From NCBI GenBank assembly GCA_011109175.1, contig RDEW01000014.1, forward strand, positions 496,001 through 560,000: a stretch of DNA of 64,000 nt, given 5' to 3'. Origin of the DNA: Dicyema japonicum. Taxonomy: Eukaryota > Animalia > Dicyemida. Positions 37,301-51,399 of this stretch are shown here, piece by piece. Position numbers and translations under genes: made by a program. How positions within the stretch are numbered: the first letter of the stretch is position 1; every line of letters starts with the position of its first letter. Below the pieces are notes generated by a model. The model ran no database searches. It was not told where the DNA came from and was given only the letters and a program-made list of their open reading frames with translations.

Positions 37301-38856
37301 TAGGGCGAATTTTTTTAACCTAAAAAATAAATAATTTAACCTTAAAAAAATTAACTTAAAAATTAAAAAAATTAACCCAAAAATTTAACTTTATAACTAA
37401 ACAATAAAAACACTGAAACTTTTTGTTACACATAAAATTACATAATTTTCTAAATTTCCTGGTAGAAAATGTCTGTTGGATCTTAGAAAACTCTTAATCT
37501 CCGAGAAACATCATTCAATCGAGCACGAAGTAGTCTGACAATTCAGGAGTAATGAATAGTCGGCAGTAGATATATGTTAATTAATCATTTTCATTATGTT
37601 TGAAAAATCATTTTTTGAAACCTTTTATTTATGTATTTGAACTCCGATCAGAATTTCTGAATAGTATATAGCGGCCTTAAGCCAAGTCCCACATCTTGCC
37701 AAATGCACACGAGGTGGAATGGCGATGTTTCTGTCTTTGAATATTAGTTTTCTTCTATTGTTCTTGTTAATTGCTGCTTGTACATAGCTATCATCAAATC
37801 AATTTCCGGATAAGAGTCTCTTATTTTCTCACAACAATTGTGTAATAGATGAACGCCACATGTGACATGGAATAACTTGGGGTAAAGATTTTTAAGTATT
37901 TTGCCAGCTAAAACATAAAATTTTACCTGATTTCATATAATTTGCAGCATCCGAAATTAACAAAAGGAAATTTTCCCTTTGAACCAAGTTATTTCCAAGT
38001 TCATCGTCGACTATCTGATTAATGATGTTCTTGCTAGGATCAGATTCTATCGCCTTAAACGATAACAGATGTTTTGTTTCAGGAGAAATTAATTATCCAA
38101 TCATCACATCAACGTATCTTTGGCCCCGGATTTTTGTTTCATCCGTAATAGCAAAAACTTTTTGATTGCTACAAAATAAAGTACATTTTTATACACAAGT
38201 TTTTGTTGAATTAACAATTTGTGATCTATTATGATTTGACCCAAACAGCTTCTAGGTTTTGATGGTGAGGGAACTCATACAGAGCCTCCGTAAAACAATT
38301 CTCTAAGCCACGGCATAGATAGTTTGTTTAGTGAAATATCAGATTCTACGAATGCTGGTTACTTTTAGAGCCAATCATCATTTTGGAATATTTGTCAATG
38401 TGTGTTTGGGACGATTCGGTCAGATAATCTACAAAAAATAATCGTTATTTCGCAAAACTCATTGAATTTTGATGTTTTGTTAGGCTCGATGGAGATTTAC
38501 AAAATGCCTTTGTTCGCATTTTATACTACACAAACAGAGTCGACAATATAGCGCACCATCCTCAAGAATCATAAATTCTTTAGGATAATCCTTTACAATG
38601 GCCTTAACTTTAATTTGGTACAATTTTGCTATCTTAGGCATGTCAGCCCAAAATTTTAGTGGCAACATATATTATTAATAGTTAATTTAAAAAATTAATA
38701 AATTAAATCAAAAATTTTAAATTTTAAATTTTAACTTTTTAACCTAATAATTTTGTTTCATTTATTTATAATAAAAAATATAGTTAAAAATCATTTTAAT
38801 GATTATTTATTTACTATTATTAAATTTTAACTTTTTTTTTAACTTAGTTCGCCCTA
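37301..38856 (-). mobile_element. hAT transposon with CGGBP1-like transposase, decayed
   Basis: TIR TAGGGCGAA at both ends; 8-bp TSD gtcatgac at 37293-37300 and 38857-38864; empty site at 58535; LYCRLC, ITDETK..RYV, LLLISDAANYM, RCGTWLKAAIYYSE. Confidence 0.92.
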
Positions 38857-38864
38857 GTCATGAC

Positions 38865-41800
38865 CATGGAATAGTGAGATGCTTAATTATTTCATACTTT
38901 ACTTTACAAAAAGCTAAGAGTGATTAAGCTGTGAGCTTTCAAAAAAATTGTCGGTAAACAATTGATAAAAACATTTCGATTTACCATCAACACGATGATA
39001 ATTTCGGCTCTTCGTCAAGTACTTAGTTGGTTGGGCTCGGGGGATAAACAATTTACTCAAACGAGTTTGGAACAATATGATTTGTTAGTTTGTTTCACGT
39101 GGTTCTTTGAATTTTTTCAAACAGGGTTAATTACCAAAATTGTATCAATTACATTTATCTAAAACCCTAGGGTCACCGAGAAATAAAGACAAATATAGTA
39201 ATAATGTGCGGGGATTAGCTCTAACAGAGTAAATCTCCATATACTCTACAGCCAGTGCATATCTGCATATCGTAAGTTTAAAAGACCAAAAACATATATT
39301 CAGGTATTTTTCGCTAACTTGGTTAAATATTATTAAATAATGATGACTTTGTAAAGATTCTATAATAATGTCAATTCTTTGATATTTGGTAAACGAACAA
39401 TTTACATTTCTCAGTATAGAAATAATTAGAGAAGACTGCTAGCTGATAATCACTTTATCAATCTTTGAAGTTTCTGTGTATTAAACAAATTTGTAGAGCA
39501 AAAAAGTAAAATGATTCTGCGACCATTTTTCAAATTTGATTTACATGTATAATAAAAACTATTCCTTCTCCTGTTTTATCCAGATTTAAGCACGAGCGGA
39601 GTCTTTGGCCCCAAGACGGTCTCTTTCCTTAGAGCACTTGGGTGTCTATTGACCAAAGCCTCGAGGGAGCGTCGGGAAACCGAGTGGCTTTTCCAAAGGA
39701 TATCCCTGGCAGTAGTCAGAGGTAACAGCCACTCGATCATATCCGCTGGACTTTAGAACGATTTTATTGTTATAAATAAATACTTGCTAATTTAAGCATG
39801 AGTTTATAAAATCAGCAATTTTGATAGCTTCAGAATAGAAGAAACTACTTATCTTTTTCTTTGTGACCACAGACGAGGTGACAAGCTCAAGAGAGATCGG
39901 AAGCCTAAAGTTCTGACACAGGAAACATCGGATCAATTAACCTTGTGATTAAAAATCATCGAATAAAAGAATTAATATAGAAGGCAGATATGATCAATTT
40001 TGTCGCTTTATCACATTTTGCGAAAGATGTTTTGAAATCTTCTCACTCGATCGCCGGTTGTAGTTAATGAGTTAATATTATGGTAAACACTGGTAATTAA
40101 GTTAAAGGAAGTATAAAAAACGGTAGGGCTGTTCAATCAACGTTTACCAGAATGTCTCCAAAGAATTTGATTAGACAACATTGTAATCTTTGAAGATAAC
40201 TCCCAGATACTTTTGTGCGTCTTTTGAAACATCAAATAAGATTTTTGAGAGTTCCACTAACTTTTCACAGTTTTTATCTAACCATAGAAGAATCGGCTTA
40301 TGACTACTGGTCATGGACTTTAATGTCAAAAAATATTATTTTACCATAGTTTGGTAAAATGTGTACAAAAATCGATACTACGTGCACATATACTGACACA
40401 CAAATAGTTTTATAATTTTATTGTATAGATAATGAGAGCACTTCATCAGGTAAGTTTATATTTTGTTACAAAATGTATGACCCTTTTTGAGATAAATTTT
40501 AGAGGGAACAGAAGAACCTTATAAGAACATGGATATATTTAAAAATTTAAGAAATGGTATTTACTTAATGGTTTACTTTTGAAAGTGATGATTTACAGAT
40601 CTGAATGATTTAGCCATAACCACATAATATTAACAACAAAGAAAATTTTAGTTTGTTTTATAAACCACAAAATGATATATTTCATATAGTGAATTGTTCC
40701 TAAATTAAGATATTATGTTTGAAATATTTTTGGAAGTAAAATATGGACTTTTCGACTCAGAGGTCAGTCATAACCGTGATTTCTTCTTACTCGAGGACTT
40801 GAAAAAAATATTATTTGATATCAAAATTGTTTTCAACCCATTTATCATCAATTTTATAAAAAAATCATCTTAGTAAAAATATAGTGAAATGCTATAAGTG
40901 CCGGACAAAATCCTGGTTGTTCCAAGAACGTTCCTTGAACCACTTTCTAAGATTAGCTACTATAACTTTTCTTTACTATAATAAAGTTTGTGTTCTTCCT
41001 GTCCGGAATATATTTATTACTAGTTTTTTGTTAAAATATAGTATCCGACCGAAACAAGAATTTACAATCATTATTATGTCTTAATTAGTTTAGTTAAAGA
41101 AGAAGAGTAAGACTGATAGATTGACTATTTTTCACAACATAACTATTTTATTTTCTGATTGCAAAGTGAATGAGTAGATCTACCAGCAGTCGCACAAAAA
41201 ACAGTGTAGAATATACTTTCCTAATATTGATTAGAATTTATGCAAAATTAAATTTTTAAAAGTAACCTATTATATAAGAATGTAAAAGTTTAGAATTTTA
41301 TTATTAGTTAATGTTTAGTCCGAATAAAGAATGTAATAAATTAGTCATTAATCCTTCAAATCAGATTCTAATTTAAAAATAACCAAATTTACCATTTATT
41401 TTTTGATCTGAATTACTCTTCTTTAGTTCTGTATCCGTCGACTTTGCAACATCATCAGCTGATTTAGATCTCTTCATTTCTTTACCGAAGCTTGGCTGAA
41501 AACGTACTTTTTCATTTATATAGCGAATTAATGGATTAATTTAAAAAATGTATTATATTTTAATATAATTTTATATATGAAAAACCGCAAAATTTCACAT
41601 ATTTGAAATTTAAGGACAAATACGAAAAGTAAACAATTTATATAAAAAATTATTAAATTACCACTTAGGCGATTTTTATTAACCTATTTTTGCAAAAAAA
41701 ATTTATTAGCCGACTAATTTGGGAAAGTTATATAGCTGTGGTACTGTGGCACAAATTTGGGAGAGCAACAAATTTTGGAGAGTTGCATCTTCTAAGGACT

Positions 41801-42560
41801 CGAAAGACATATGCAATTAATTCCCAAAAGGCATCGACGTTCTTGGAAATCAACGGACTGTACCAAGATTAGACTTCCGACTCGTTATAAAAAGAAACGG
41901 ACGAATTTCCAATGTCTCCGGATTTTAAAATTTACGAATTTTGATTTTTTGACAATCTAGATAAAATAATGTGCATGCATGTGTTTTAACAAATGTTTTT
42001 ATTAAAATACGATGTGATATATTGAATTCTTGAAAATCTAATTATCAGTTCGCTACACTCGCAATATTTGGATCATCGATGGGTATATTCAGTTCGCCGT
42101 TTTTATTCTGCTTATTTTGTAGAAATACGTGATTAACCTGATAAGCGTCAGAGAAGACATAGAAATTTATCCTGAGCAAGAAATAATTGATATTTTTACG
42201 AATCAAGTCACTTTACAGTTTTGAAAATGAAAGCGATGAATCAAATCAGAGACGAATCATCCAGCGACTATGACGTTAAACAAACTTTTAAAAATATAAA
42301 ATTCCCCAAAAACGTGTAAGTGACGCTTACAGGTTTTCATGAGACGCAGTTTTATGCATCCTCTCATTTTACATAGCTTATATAAATTTTCCGACAGTTC
42401 TACATAAAGTATTTGAAAAATCCGATGACGACAAAGACTCATTGAGTGTCCTGGCTAACAATAGAAGTGACTGGAAGAGTTCAACATTATGAGTTCTTTT
42501 GCTTTACATGTGGGCTATTATTATAGATTTTGGGGATCAGTGACCACATTCACAGGTCCT
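38865..42560 (-). pseudogene. Expanded family, copy d (B then A)
   Basis: Reverse complement of 19850-22853; extends further into the upstream exons of segment A. Confidence 0.7.
39593..39789 (+). mobile_element. 5'-truncated CRE-like insertion with 9-bp TSD
   Basis: GVFGPKT..FL..LG..L......E..WLFQRISLAVVRGNS; TSD atttaagca at 39584-39592 and 39790-39798; empty site at ~59310. Confidence 0.9.
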
Positions 42561-42589
42561 AAGCTAAATTGATCCAAAAGTTCAATTAC

Positions 42590-42790
42590 AGTAAAACCTC
42601 TCGAATCCGCTAAATTTGGCACCTGGGAAATTACGCCGGATTCGAGAGGCAAATTTGATTTTTTTATAAATTAATAAAATGCATTTTTTTAATTTTAAAG
42701 ACTAATTAAAAATGAAAACATTAATTTCCTATAAAATAATCAGTTATCTTTTTAATGTTCGTTTTGATGTTTCTACTAACATCATCAAGG
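42590..42790 (+). mobile_element. Tigger/pogo-like terminal remnant (second copy)
   Basis: Aligns with 27510-27720; the hairpin carries mismatches. Confidence 0.6.
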
Positions 42791-43094
42791 AAGATCTCCT
42801 TAGTCATCTGCTCTGTTTAATTTTCTTCTCCCGACTTTTGATTTGATAATTAAAATCTTGGACTTTCCTGGACAAAAACATTTTCACAGATAACAAGAGA
42901 ATATATTTATTTAAAATCAACTAAAAAAGTCTATTATATTTTTTGAACTTAATGAACTTTATCTAGAAAGTTTTATTAGAAATTTTTTATTATCACAATG
43001 CCACATTACTAAATAATATTAAATATGATAATTTGGACATTCCGGGACACTTAAATCCTGGACAAAATACGGGACAAGGCTTTAAATCCGGTAC

Positions 43095-43510
43095 TGTGAA
43101 GATATAGGATATAGGAGGATGTTGCGATTTAGATACTTAAATTGTTTATTTAACATCCAAGACCACGATAAAACCAAACTAACTATCACGTGATCCCGAT
43201 GCGTTTCCACGAAAATCTTCATCCGTTCCCGGTGGTCCTTTCTCTTGCCTACACAAGCTCGTACTGGGCGGCTGACTGTATTTGCAGGGCCACCTTTTTG
43301 CATGCCGGAGTTTAGTTTTATGAAGGCCTCCAGAGTAGTCGGTCCGGATCTGTGTCTCCCACAAGTTTACCGCTCCGTGACTCTGAAAGCCTTCTTTTGT
43401 GCGTCCTCATTTTCTTAGTATTCGTCCATGATAATGAAAATCCCCACGAAGCACACACGTACGAGAAGCATGGTTCAATGTATTGTTTGTAGATATTCAT
43501 CAAGACCAGG
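43095..43510 (-). mobile_element. Jockey/I-like ORF2 C-terminal remnant
   Basis: YKQYIEPCFSYVCASWG is homologous to 16190-16530. Confidence 0.75.
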
Positions 43511-43945
43511 TGGGTACGCAATTAATGGGCCTAGTTTGGCTTAAGAAGATTTCAAATAAGAAATTATACTCTGTGGCACAATCGAGGCCAATAAGCATCG
43601 ACATTATTGAATCAAGATGGAGACTGTTTGGGCACGTGCTTAGAATGGACATAAACTCCCCTGCAAATATAATATTGGACAATTAATTTAACAATGAGAA
43701 CAGACCATCGTTCAGAGGAAGAAGACCCAGAGTCACTCTAGTCGTGGCTCTGAACAAAAATATTAATGGAATTGGGAGAAAACTTAAATCTGCAGAATAC
43801 CTAGAAAATCTAAGGACGAATGCGCAAAACAGAAGGCGATGGAGACGGTTAGTGAAGCAGATTTTGAAACGTGTGGCACAAACGGTACATTGGTTAATAT
43901 AACGTTATTTAGTTTTGTGAAAGTGCTTTTAATAATAATAATAAT
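43500..43945 (+). mobile_element. RTE 3' fragment with (TAA)n tail
   Basis: RWRLFGHVLRM, RGRRPRVTL; ends gtgaaagtgcttttaataataat. Confidence 0.85.
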
Positions 43946-44399
43946 TTGGCGCCTATTATAGTTCAAATGAATACTCCATCTATTCATCACAGATTCTACG
44001 AAGCTGATAAACTACACTGGCATACACAGACTGTGTAGGTATTAGACGTGGTAAAAATGATCAACTGAATCATATGCATGAGACACAGAAAGCCACTTGT
44101 TGATAAACCTTCTATCTCGTCTCTAAAATAAGAGGCTATATTATCCCATGATAAATTTGGCCGTGGGCTGTGTTGTATAATCAAACTAAGTTAGCATATC
44201 CTTTTGAAAATGATGACACCCTGATAGTTGGGTTAATTTTCCTTGTAAGAAACAAGTCATATAACCATCAAGAAAAAATGGATACTCACAAAGACACTAT
44301 CAGAGCTTTTTTGTCTGCTAAGTATGGTGTTAATGATGGTGGGATAATAAAAGTGAAGGCATTGATCGAATTCAAAATAATAATTTAATTCAAATGATC

Positions 44400-45110
44400 A
44401 ACTTAAAAAGCCTTCATAATGTTTCTTCTGAACATTGGACAGCCCACACGTCAACGTTAACCATATTCCTATCGCCAATACACATAAAAAAAGAGATCTG
44501 AAACCAACATAACAGAAAGCCGACAAGGCAGTGTTATAATATTTGTTCTGAAAAGATTTCAAACATCATTTGTTATGAAATTGAGCAAAACCCAAAAATG
44601 TCATTAAGAAAAATTCGATTAAATAAAAAATGATAGAAACATATCAATTAGTCATATGAAAATAAAGAGAATATTGAATAATAAAAAATATGCATAAAAC
44701 TTAATAAAAAAGCCTCTGTTAACACCAAGAATAATCAAATTACGTTTTGAAGCAGCTTGTAAATGGCTTCATTATGATCAAAAGAATGTGAATAGTATTA
44801 TATTTTCCGATTAATGTAAATTCAACTTTTTCTACTCAGATGAAAGCTTTTTAGAAGTGAAGATCATTCCTTGGTTCTACGATTAGTTAAAATTAACTGT
44901 TCTTACTTAAATAAAGTGTGTCCTGCCTATGCGGAGCTAATACCACGGCTCCGTGAAAAAGGCTGTTATTATATTATATTATTATTATGGAAAGCTTTTT
45001 GTTTGAAGAAAATTCAATAATGGGTTAGAACCCAAAAATTTGTTACCTACAGTCAAACATGGTGGTAGTTTGATGGTTTGTGCTTGTTTCTCATATTATG
45101 ACTTCTTGTA
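44400..45110 (+). mobile_element. Tc1 transposase remnant
   Basis: IIFSD.CKFNFFYSD and PTVKHGGSLMV. Confidence 0.75.
44853..44989 (+). mobile_element. SINE-like insertion with 11-bp TSD
   Basis: gaaagcttttt at 44842-44852 and 44990-45000; core starts GGTTCTAC at 44873 after 20 extra nt. Confidence 0.85.
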
Positions 45111-45129
45111 GGAGATAGACGTATAATAT

Positions 45130-45990
45130 TTTACCAGAGTGTCTGGTTTGTTCGCCTTTTCTCTCTGGGAGGTTCTTTTGATGTTCTTGATCTACTCCCA
45201 GACTCTCTGCATTGGAGAGATTCTTGCAGAGAGCTTTGATTGTCTCGTCCATCTATTTGAATTTTCTGCCTTTATGTTCTTGTCGATCTCTTCGTTCAGC
45301 TCTCATATTTTTCTGATATTCTCTTTTGTTGGCGATTTTACTATCTTTAGATTATTTTGTTTTCTAATCAAATGTTTAGTTGAAACAGACGTAGGTTGTC
45401 AGCCAATTGGAATTTACTTCTTTTTCGCAGCGTTTATGGTGAATTTGAACCATTTCACTAATTGTTCGACGGAAGGCAGAGTGTGGAAATTCAAGAGTCC
45501 AATGCAATTATCGACGTAATCATTGAATCCTCTCCAGTTCGAAATACTGTAATTAATTGTCGTAGGACACTCTCCGTTTATCTGTGAGCTCGTTCGACCT
45601 CCAAAAATATTGGACTGTGGTCACTCCTCACTCCTGGTGTCATATTTCAATGACCAGTCAATAAGAGGGGCCAAAGACGGAGATGAAAGTAAGATGTCAA
45701 TGGATGAAGGTTTATCGTTACGTCGAGTAGGCGTTCTTGTCTAGAATGCAAGATCGTTTAGTATGCAGAGACCTCTATTAACATTTTCCCTTGTGTGCTA
45801 TACGGTATTCCTTGGGAATATCTTATAGAGCGCTATTGCAGGAAAAAACATACACCGACTTTAAGGATCCAGACGATTAATGGTCTCAAGGATGGTTTGA
45901 AAGTGATGAGAAGTATTCTAGTCAGTCTCTCGATAGATCTAGGAGATATGTTATTTAATTGGCATATGGACTTAAATTAAAATCTAAATC
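45130..45990 (-). mobile_element. LINE endonuclease/linker remnant
   Basis: PTRR..KPSSIDILLS and SDHSPI-like APE motifs on the minus strand. Confidence 0.55.
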
Positions 45991-46873
45991 ACCGCCTAGT
46001 TATAAGATTTGTGCTTAAATGTTACAAATAAAACCCTAAGAAGTCTCAAGATTGAAATATAATCTCAGGATTGGAATCTTGCAGCTGTGGCCAGGATGAC
46101 CCGACGATTTACAGGGACTTTGTCTTCAGCTTTAAAAATCCAGAAAATGCTAGTTTATTTGAAAAGGATCTTAATTCAAAGTTTCCTTTTGGGGATAAAT
46201 GATACAAACTCGCTCAAATTAAGTTGCTACTTTCGGAAATTAAATTTACAAATATTCTAACCTAGGAAGAACTTGAGGAGCTTAATGAATACCTCTGAAA
46301 TATTATTTTTTCAAATTTCACGCTTAGAAGATTTGAAAAAACGCGAAGAGAGATTATCTAAAAAAAAACCAACAATAGAAATCGTGGAGAAGCTTAGATT
46401 TGGTTTTAAATTGGTTTCTCAAAAGTTAATGGGGAATAAGTTAGAAAGCAAGAAATTCTAAGCTTTCATTGCACGTTTTTTGCAAAAATGTTGAAAGATG
46501 GTTGATTTGTTCACCAAACCACTAAAGGTAAAGACGTCAGTCTTATTTAAAGATAAAAATTGCATAAAATGTAGATCAACTAATCACATTTTTACGGAGG
46601 TGGCTAGTGTGCTATAGCAGCTAATAAATTCAAAATGGATAAATTCTTACCTCAAAGTAAAGCTCGCAATCAAAGTGTTGCTAAAGTAAGAAATATTCCA
46701 GAATGATCGGTGACATTAAAGATCCGATCAAACTAACACAACAGGATGGAATCCTATCACTCAGGAATACAAAATTTGAAATTGGTGTGCAAACCAATGG
46801 ACCCACAGTGTCCTCTACTGAAAGTGGATCTCAAACACAAATGAAGATGTAGGAAGATGTTACGATTTAGATA

Positions 46874-48800
46874 CTAAATTATTAGGATCTCCGACTGGAA
46901 AATTTTCTTTGATAATATTTTTCTCGAGATAGAATCAAAAGCCTTGTTATTATCAATGCAACATAAGACTGGTTTCAAAAGCCTTGGTTTGTTTGAAAAT
47001 CTATCTCTAATGAAGTTGGTTAATTTGTGTAGTACGTTGATGTAAACATCGCTCTTGAATCCGTGTTGAAAATTTTTTCTGGTAAAAACCTTTATTCTCC
47101 CTAACACAAGCCTCTCCAGAATGTTCGATAAGGAACATAACAATGACAAAGGTCTAAATGATGCCGAATCTTTCTTAAATTTTCCTGGTTTCAATATAGG
47201 TCGGATGTATGCTTGGTTCCATAACAATGGTATTACATTCCAATTAATTGAATAGTTGAAAATCGACGTTAAAAAACCGACTCCCAATATCTCTAAGGTT
47301 CTTCAATAACACTACTGGAATGTTGTCGGGACCGGCAGAGTACGTTGTTCTTGTAAAACTCAGCGCATTCTTCACGTCTTCATCCGAGAAATAAACTGGG
47401 TTTGAATCCTTCTTCAGATTTCTGCGTGAAAAGAGAAGCACTTCCGACTTGCTGTGTTATTTGTACGAAATATCTGTGTAGAATTTTATTTAATTGTTAA
47501 CGTCTCGTTGAGTATATTCATCCTCGGGGAAGTTTCTTCTCCTTTGAAACGTTTCGGATGGTTTTCCACACTTCTCGGTACTTCGGTTGCAATTTATCCT
47601 TGTACGAATCCGATTCCATTTCAATTTCTGCGCCTTGAACTCTCTGGCTTTTATTTCGTTGTTTATAGCTCTGATCCGGAGTTTCGTTTCTAATGTGATC
47701 CAATTGGATTTTTTGAGGTGATTTCTTTCTTTATCAACGACTTCCCTCGCCGATTAGAATTAGACGATGCTTGGGAATAGCCAATGATCTTGATTCTAGG
47801 AATGTGCAAGTAAAGTATTTGATCGCTTTTTCTAGCGATTTGAAACTGTCTAAGTAGCAATTCTTCAGTCTATCATCCGAGATTGCGCGATACATTTCCC
47901 AATTAGCAGCTTTGTATTACAACTAGTAGGTGTTCTCCTCACTTTGACTTCTCTCTTGATCTTCATAAATCAGGTTATGATCGCTTCTTGTTTAGTAGAA
48001 GACAGACCAGGTAATTTTTGATGAAAGTGATGTGGAGCAGAGTATACGTCAGGAGAGGTAGGCTGATCCGTCTCTCTGAGTGGGGTCCTTGCATTTTTCG
48101 CTGGGTCATTCAGATCGTTATGAAATACGTTTTCAATAACAATAGCTTCCTTCTGGTGTCGGCCTGTTGGGTTGACAACCATAAGGCTGCTTTGCGTTTA
48201 AATCTCCACATATGATGATCTCCTCGTAGATAGCCATCTTGATAGGTTTGGAATAACATAGTCCTTTGGGCAGGATCCAAGAGGAGGCAAGTAGATATTC
48301 ACGAGGCACAGACTTCCTTTTGTTGTCCCAAGAGAGATTCCAATTGCCTCAGTAACCTTGTCATTTCCAACAAGTTTCCTCACTTCCGAAGTAATGTCTC
48401 TGGATTTTAGGTTCTTTTTGAATAAATAAGTAGTCCACCCACTCTTCTCTTTTTATGGTCCATCCTGATAGCCTCGTATCCAGGGAATGAAAGTGGGATC
48501 ATTCATGTGAGTTTAGTTTCTTGAATCATAGCCACGTCGATCTTCTGATTTGCCATGATTGAACGGAGTTCCCTGACCTTCCTTTAATTCCGTTGATGTT
48601 CAATTGGAGAGCAGTAAAATTCCTTTCTCCACAGTGGGCTGAGGGTTTTCTCCGGGAATCTTTGGACTTTTTTGAAGTACATCGCCGAGGGTCGATATGA
48701 CCCCGGGAAGAAAGGGTCTAATGGTCCTTTTCGGGAGGCACTAGAAGCCCTCTGGGCGTTGCCAAATCCTTTTGAATTTTTTGAATTGGTGGACCACATA
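46874..48800 (-). mobile_element. Jockey/I-like LINE: end of ORF1, endonuclease and RT, decayed
   Basis: LNINGI, GDLNAK, SDHN; SAGPDNI, PLLWNQAYIRPILKPGK, SFRPLSLLCSLSNILERL, FQHGF, KAFDSI. Confidence 0.9.
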
Positions 48801-48821
48801 ACGCCACGCTAAAACAAATTA

Positions 48822-50838
48822 CATTCCGACCCATAAATGTCCACCAAGTGCCACAAAATGCGGGAGTGTCCCAAAACAGGGGTTTATTATAATTTCTGAA
48901 ATTGAATCAATAATTAACATCAAATAACATTTTTGCCAAAATAATCAGTTATTTTAATTTTAGAGTTTTGTCGTATATTATATGTTAATTTTAGCCGGAA
49001 ATCACAGAAGTCTCGCAGCATTTTTGGTGCACGTGTAAATTTTTCTTCCAAATTGTTTAACAGATCCTTTGTTTCCTCTACGACATTTTCAATATTCTCC
49101 GTTTCTGAATATCCACTATAGATATTATTTTCGGACTCTTCGTACTCTACATCAATTGTTTCGTCTATAACATGATTTAGAAGTTGATATGTTAGACAGT
49201 CTGTCGCATAAGAATAACGATTCTGTCGATTCTCTTCCAACAATTAACAATACATGACGCATCTATTTTCTCGCAACCTTTCGAAATTAGCATCATGACA
49301 TGACGCAAGTTTAATTTTGCAATAGAATGTGCAAAATCGTTTTCGACATCTTGAAAACACAAAAAATTCCATTAAGAGACTTGAATAATAATTCTTAAAG
49401 GCCTTGATTATTCCCATATCCAATGGTTGTAAATAGGGCGTTGTATTTTTCGGTAAAAATAAAAATTCGATATTTGAACATTCAAAAATTTTATCGCATC
49501 CAGCATTGTCAAGCAGTAATAATAATATTTTCTGTGTTTTTGCGAAACAATTCATTTATTAGTGTAAGCCAACTCATAAAAGTCTTTTTAGTCATCCATG
49601 CATTTTTTGAACACGAATACAATAACCCAAAATCTTGGACATCAAAATCTTTTAGTCACCGAGGTTGTTTATACTTTCCAATATCAATGGGTCAACTTTT
49701 TTTCCAATTAAACTTCAAAGACTTGATCATCAAACATTTTTTTATCGGCTTTAAATGCCTCATAAAACTCAGAACTAGTATTGCCGCGGTGTAAGAAAGG
49801 TACAATATTTCGTTTGATTCTTGAAATAGTTCCTTTACTTGTCTTGTACATTGTGATTAATTGCCTTTCAGATAAATTGTTCCTCATAATTTCTTTAAGC
49901 AATTTTCAATTTAGTTTCGTAATCCAAAACCACAACAAAGATGAAAATTGAAAATTAAACAAAAAAATAGTTAATTTATTATAATTTTATTATCTTAAAA
50001 TTTATTAATAAATGATTTGGAGAAGACATAAGAATCCGACGAGACGTGGAGAAGACATAAAAAGGTCGGATCGCTCTTGGGGGACGAGGAAGATGTAGCT
50101 CGACGGAAAATCCTTGCATCTGGTGCTTTCAGAAGCCTATCTAAAATATGGAGTTCGGGAAGAAGACCTTGTGGAAAAATAAAGCTTATGATATACAAAT
50201 ACTTTGTTGTCCCCATCCTAATATATAACTGTGGGACATGGGGTTTGTCTAAACGGGCAATCGAGTCTATTGACAGTTTCGACCGCAGTATGCTTCGGAA
50301 GGCACTTAATATTCACTACAAAATGAAGATCAAAAACGAACAATTATATAAGTTGAGCAAAACAAACCATTATCCATGGAAATCAGAAGATCGAGATGGA
50401 GACTGTTCGGTCACATTCTGAGGATGGACTTGGATGTCCCGGCAAATCACGTAATAGATGAATATTTCATGGAAAAAACAAATCATTCCGAGGAAGGCCT
50501 AGAACAACCTTACCTATCACGCTAAATGAGGACCTAAAAGCCATAGGCAGGAGTTGAAAACAATATGACCTCGATGAACTAAGAGATCTTGCGAAACGGA
50601 GAGGCCTTTGGATGCGATTGGTGCAAAGGGTAGCCGGCGCGGCACAAGGGAACCTTAATTGACTTTTGTTTTTTTTGTGTTCTCGGCAGTGCTGATAATA
50701 ATAATAATAATAATAAATGATTTTACGATGCCCAAAATTTCCATAATTTGTTATTGAATTCATTTTATTCTGCCAAAATGTTGATTTTAAAACAGGTGCC
50801 CCAAAATCCGAGGGTGCCCCCCTGGGTCTGCCGGACTG
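48822..50838 (-). mobile_element. Tigger/pogo (DDE_1) transposon interrupted by an RTE
   Basis: HTH (SKGTISRIKRN), LLLLDNAGC, LPKNTTPYLQPLDMGIIKAFK; TA-flanked cagtccg end at 50838; left end degenerate. Confidence 0.85.
50019..50710 (+). mobile_element. 5'-truncated RTE with (TAA)n tail and TSD
   Basis: PILIYNCGTWGL, RWRLFGHIL; TSD taataaatgattt at 50006-50018 and 50711-50723. Confidence 0.9.
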
Positions 50839-50879
50839 TATGGATTAATTAAATGAAATAGTGGAAAACTACTATCCGA

Positions 50880-50975
50880 CAAAACTGGTGATCTTCGTGA
50901 GACGAGATGGCTCAAGGAGAGGCTCTCTTTGGCTGTTGTCCGTGGAATAGCTTATGTATCTCCCAACAGCTGAAT
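50880..50975 (+). mobile_element. CRE-like extreme 3' fragment
   Basis: TGDLRETRWLKERLSLAVVRG. Confidence 0.7.
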
Positions 50976-51399
50976 AATTAAATTAAAATTAACTATTCAT
51001 TTTCCTTATAATAAATATAAACAAAAAATGAAATAGTTATTATAATGAAAAAATCAAAAAAATAATGTCACTACAATACGTTCGCTGGAGATCCATAATT
51101 ATACCAATTTTTGTTTCAATAAAAAATTTACACAATAATATTCATTATAAATTCGAATATATAATTTTTGTGGAATTTGATCACTTTTGTTCACCTTAAA
51201 AACAGTCATATAGCGAGATTACTCAAATAACCAGCACCAATCACAGTGATCTCCTAATAGTGTAGATATCTGATTCCCTAGTCGACTCAAGAAGTCCAGT
51301 GTCACAAGCGCAAGCGAACAAGACGTTAAAAGTTTACTTTTGTGTAAATATTTTCCTTTACTATTGACGTGATTGATTTCTCATTTTTCTCTCTATGAG

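Noticed and set aside
46000-46850. Possible LINE ORF1 remnant on the plus strand
   Set aside because: Too decayed; no intact zinc knuckle or other diagnostic motif, so not called.
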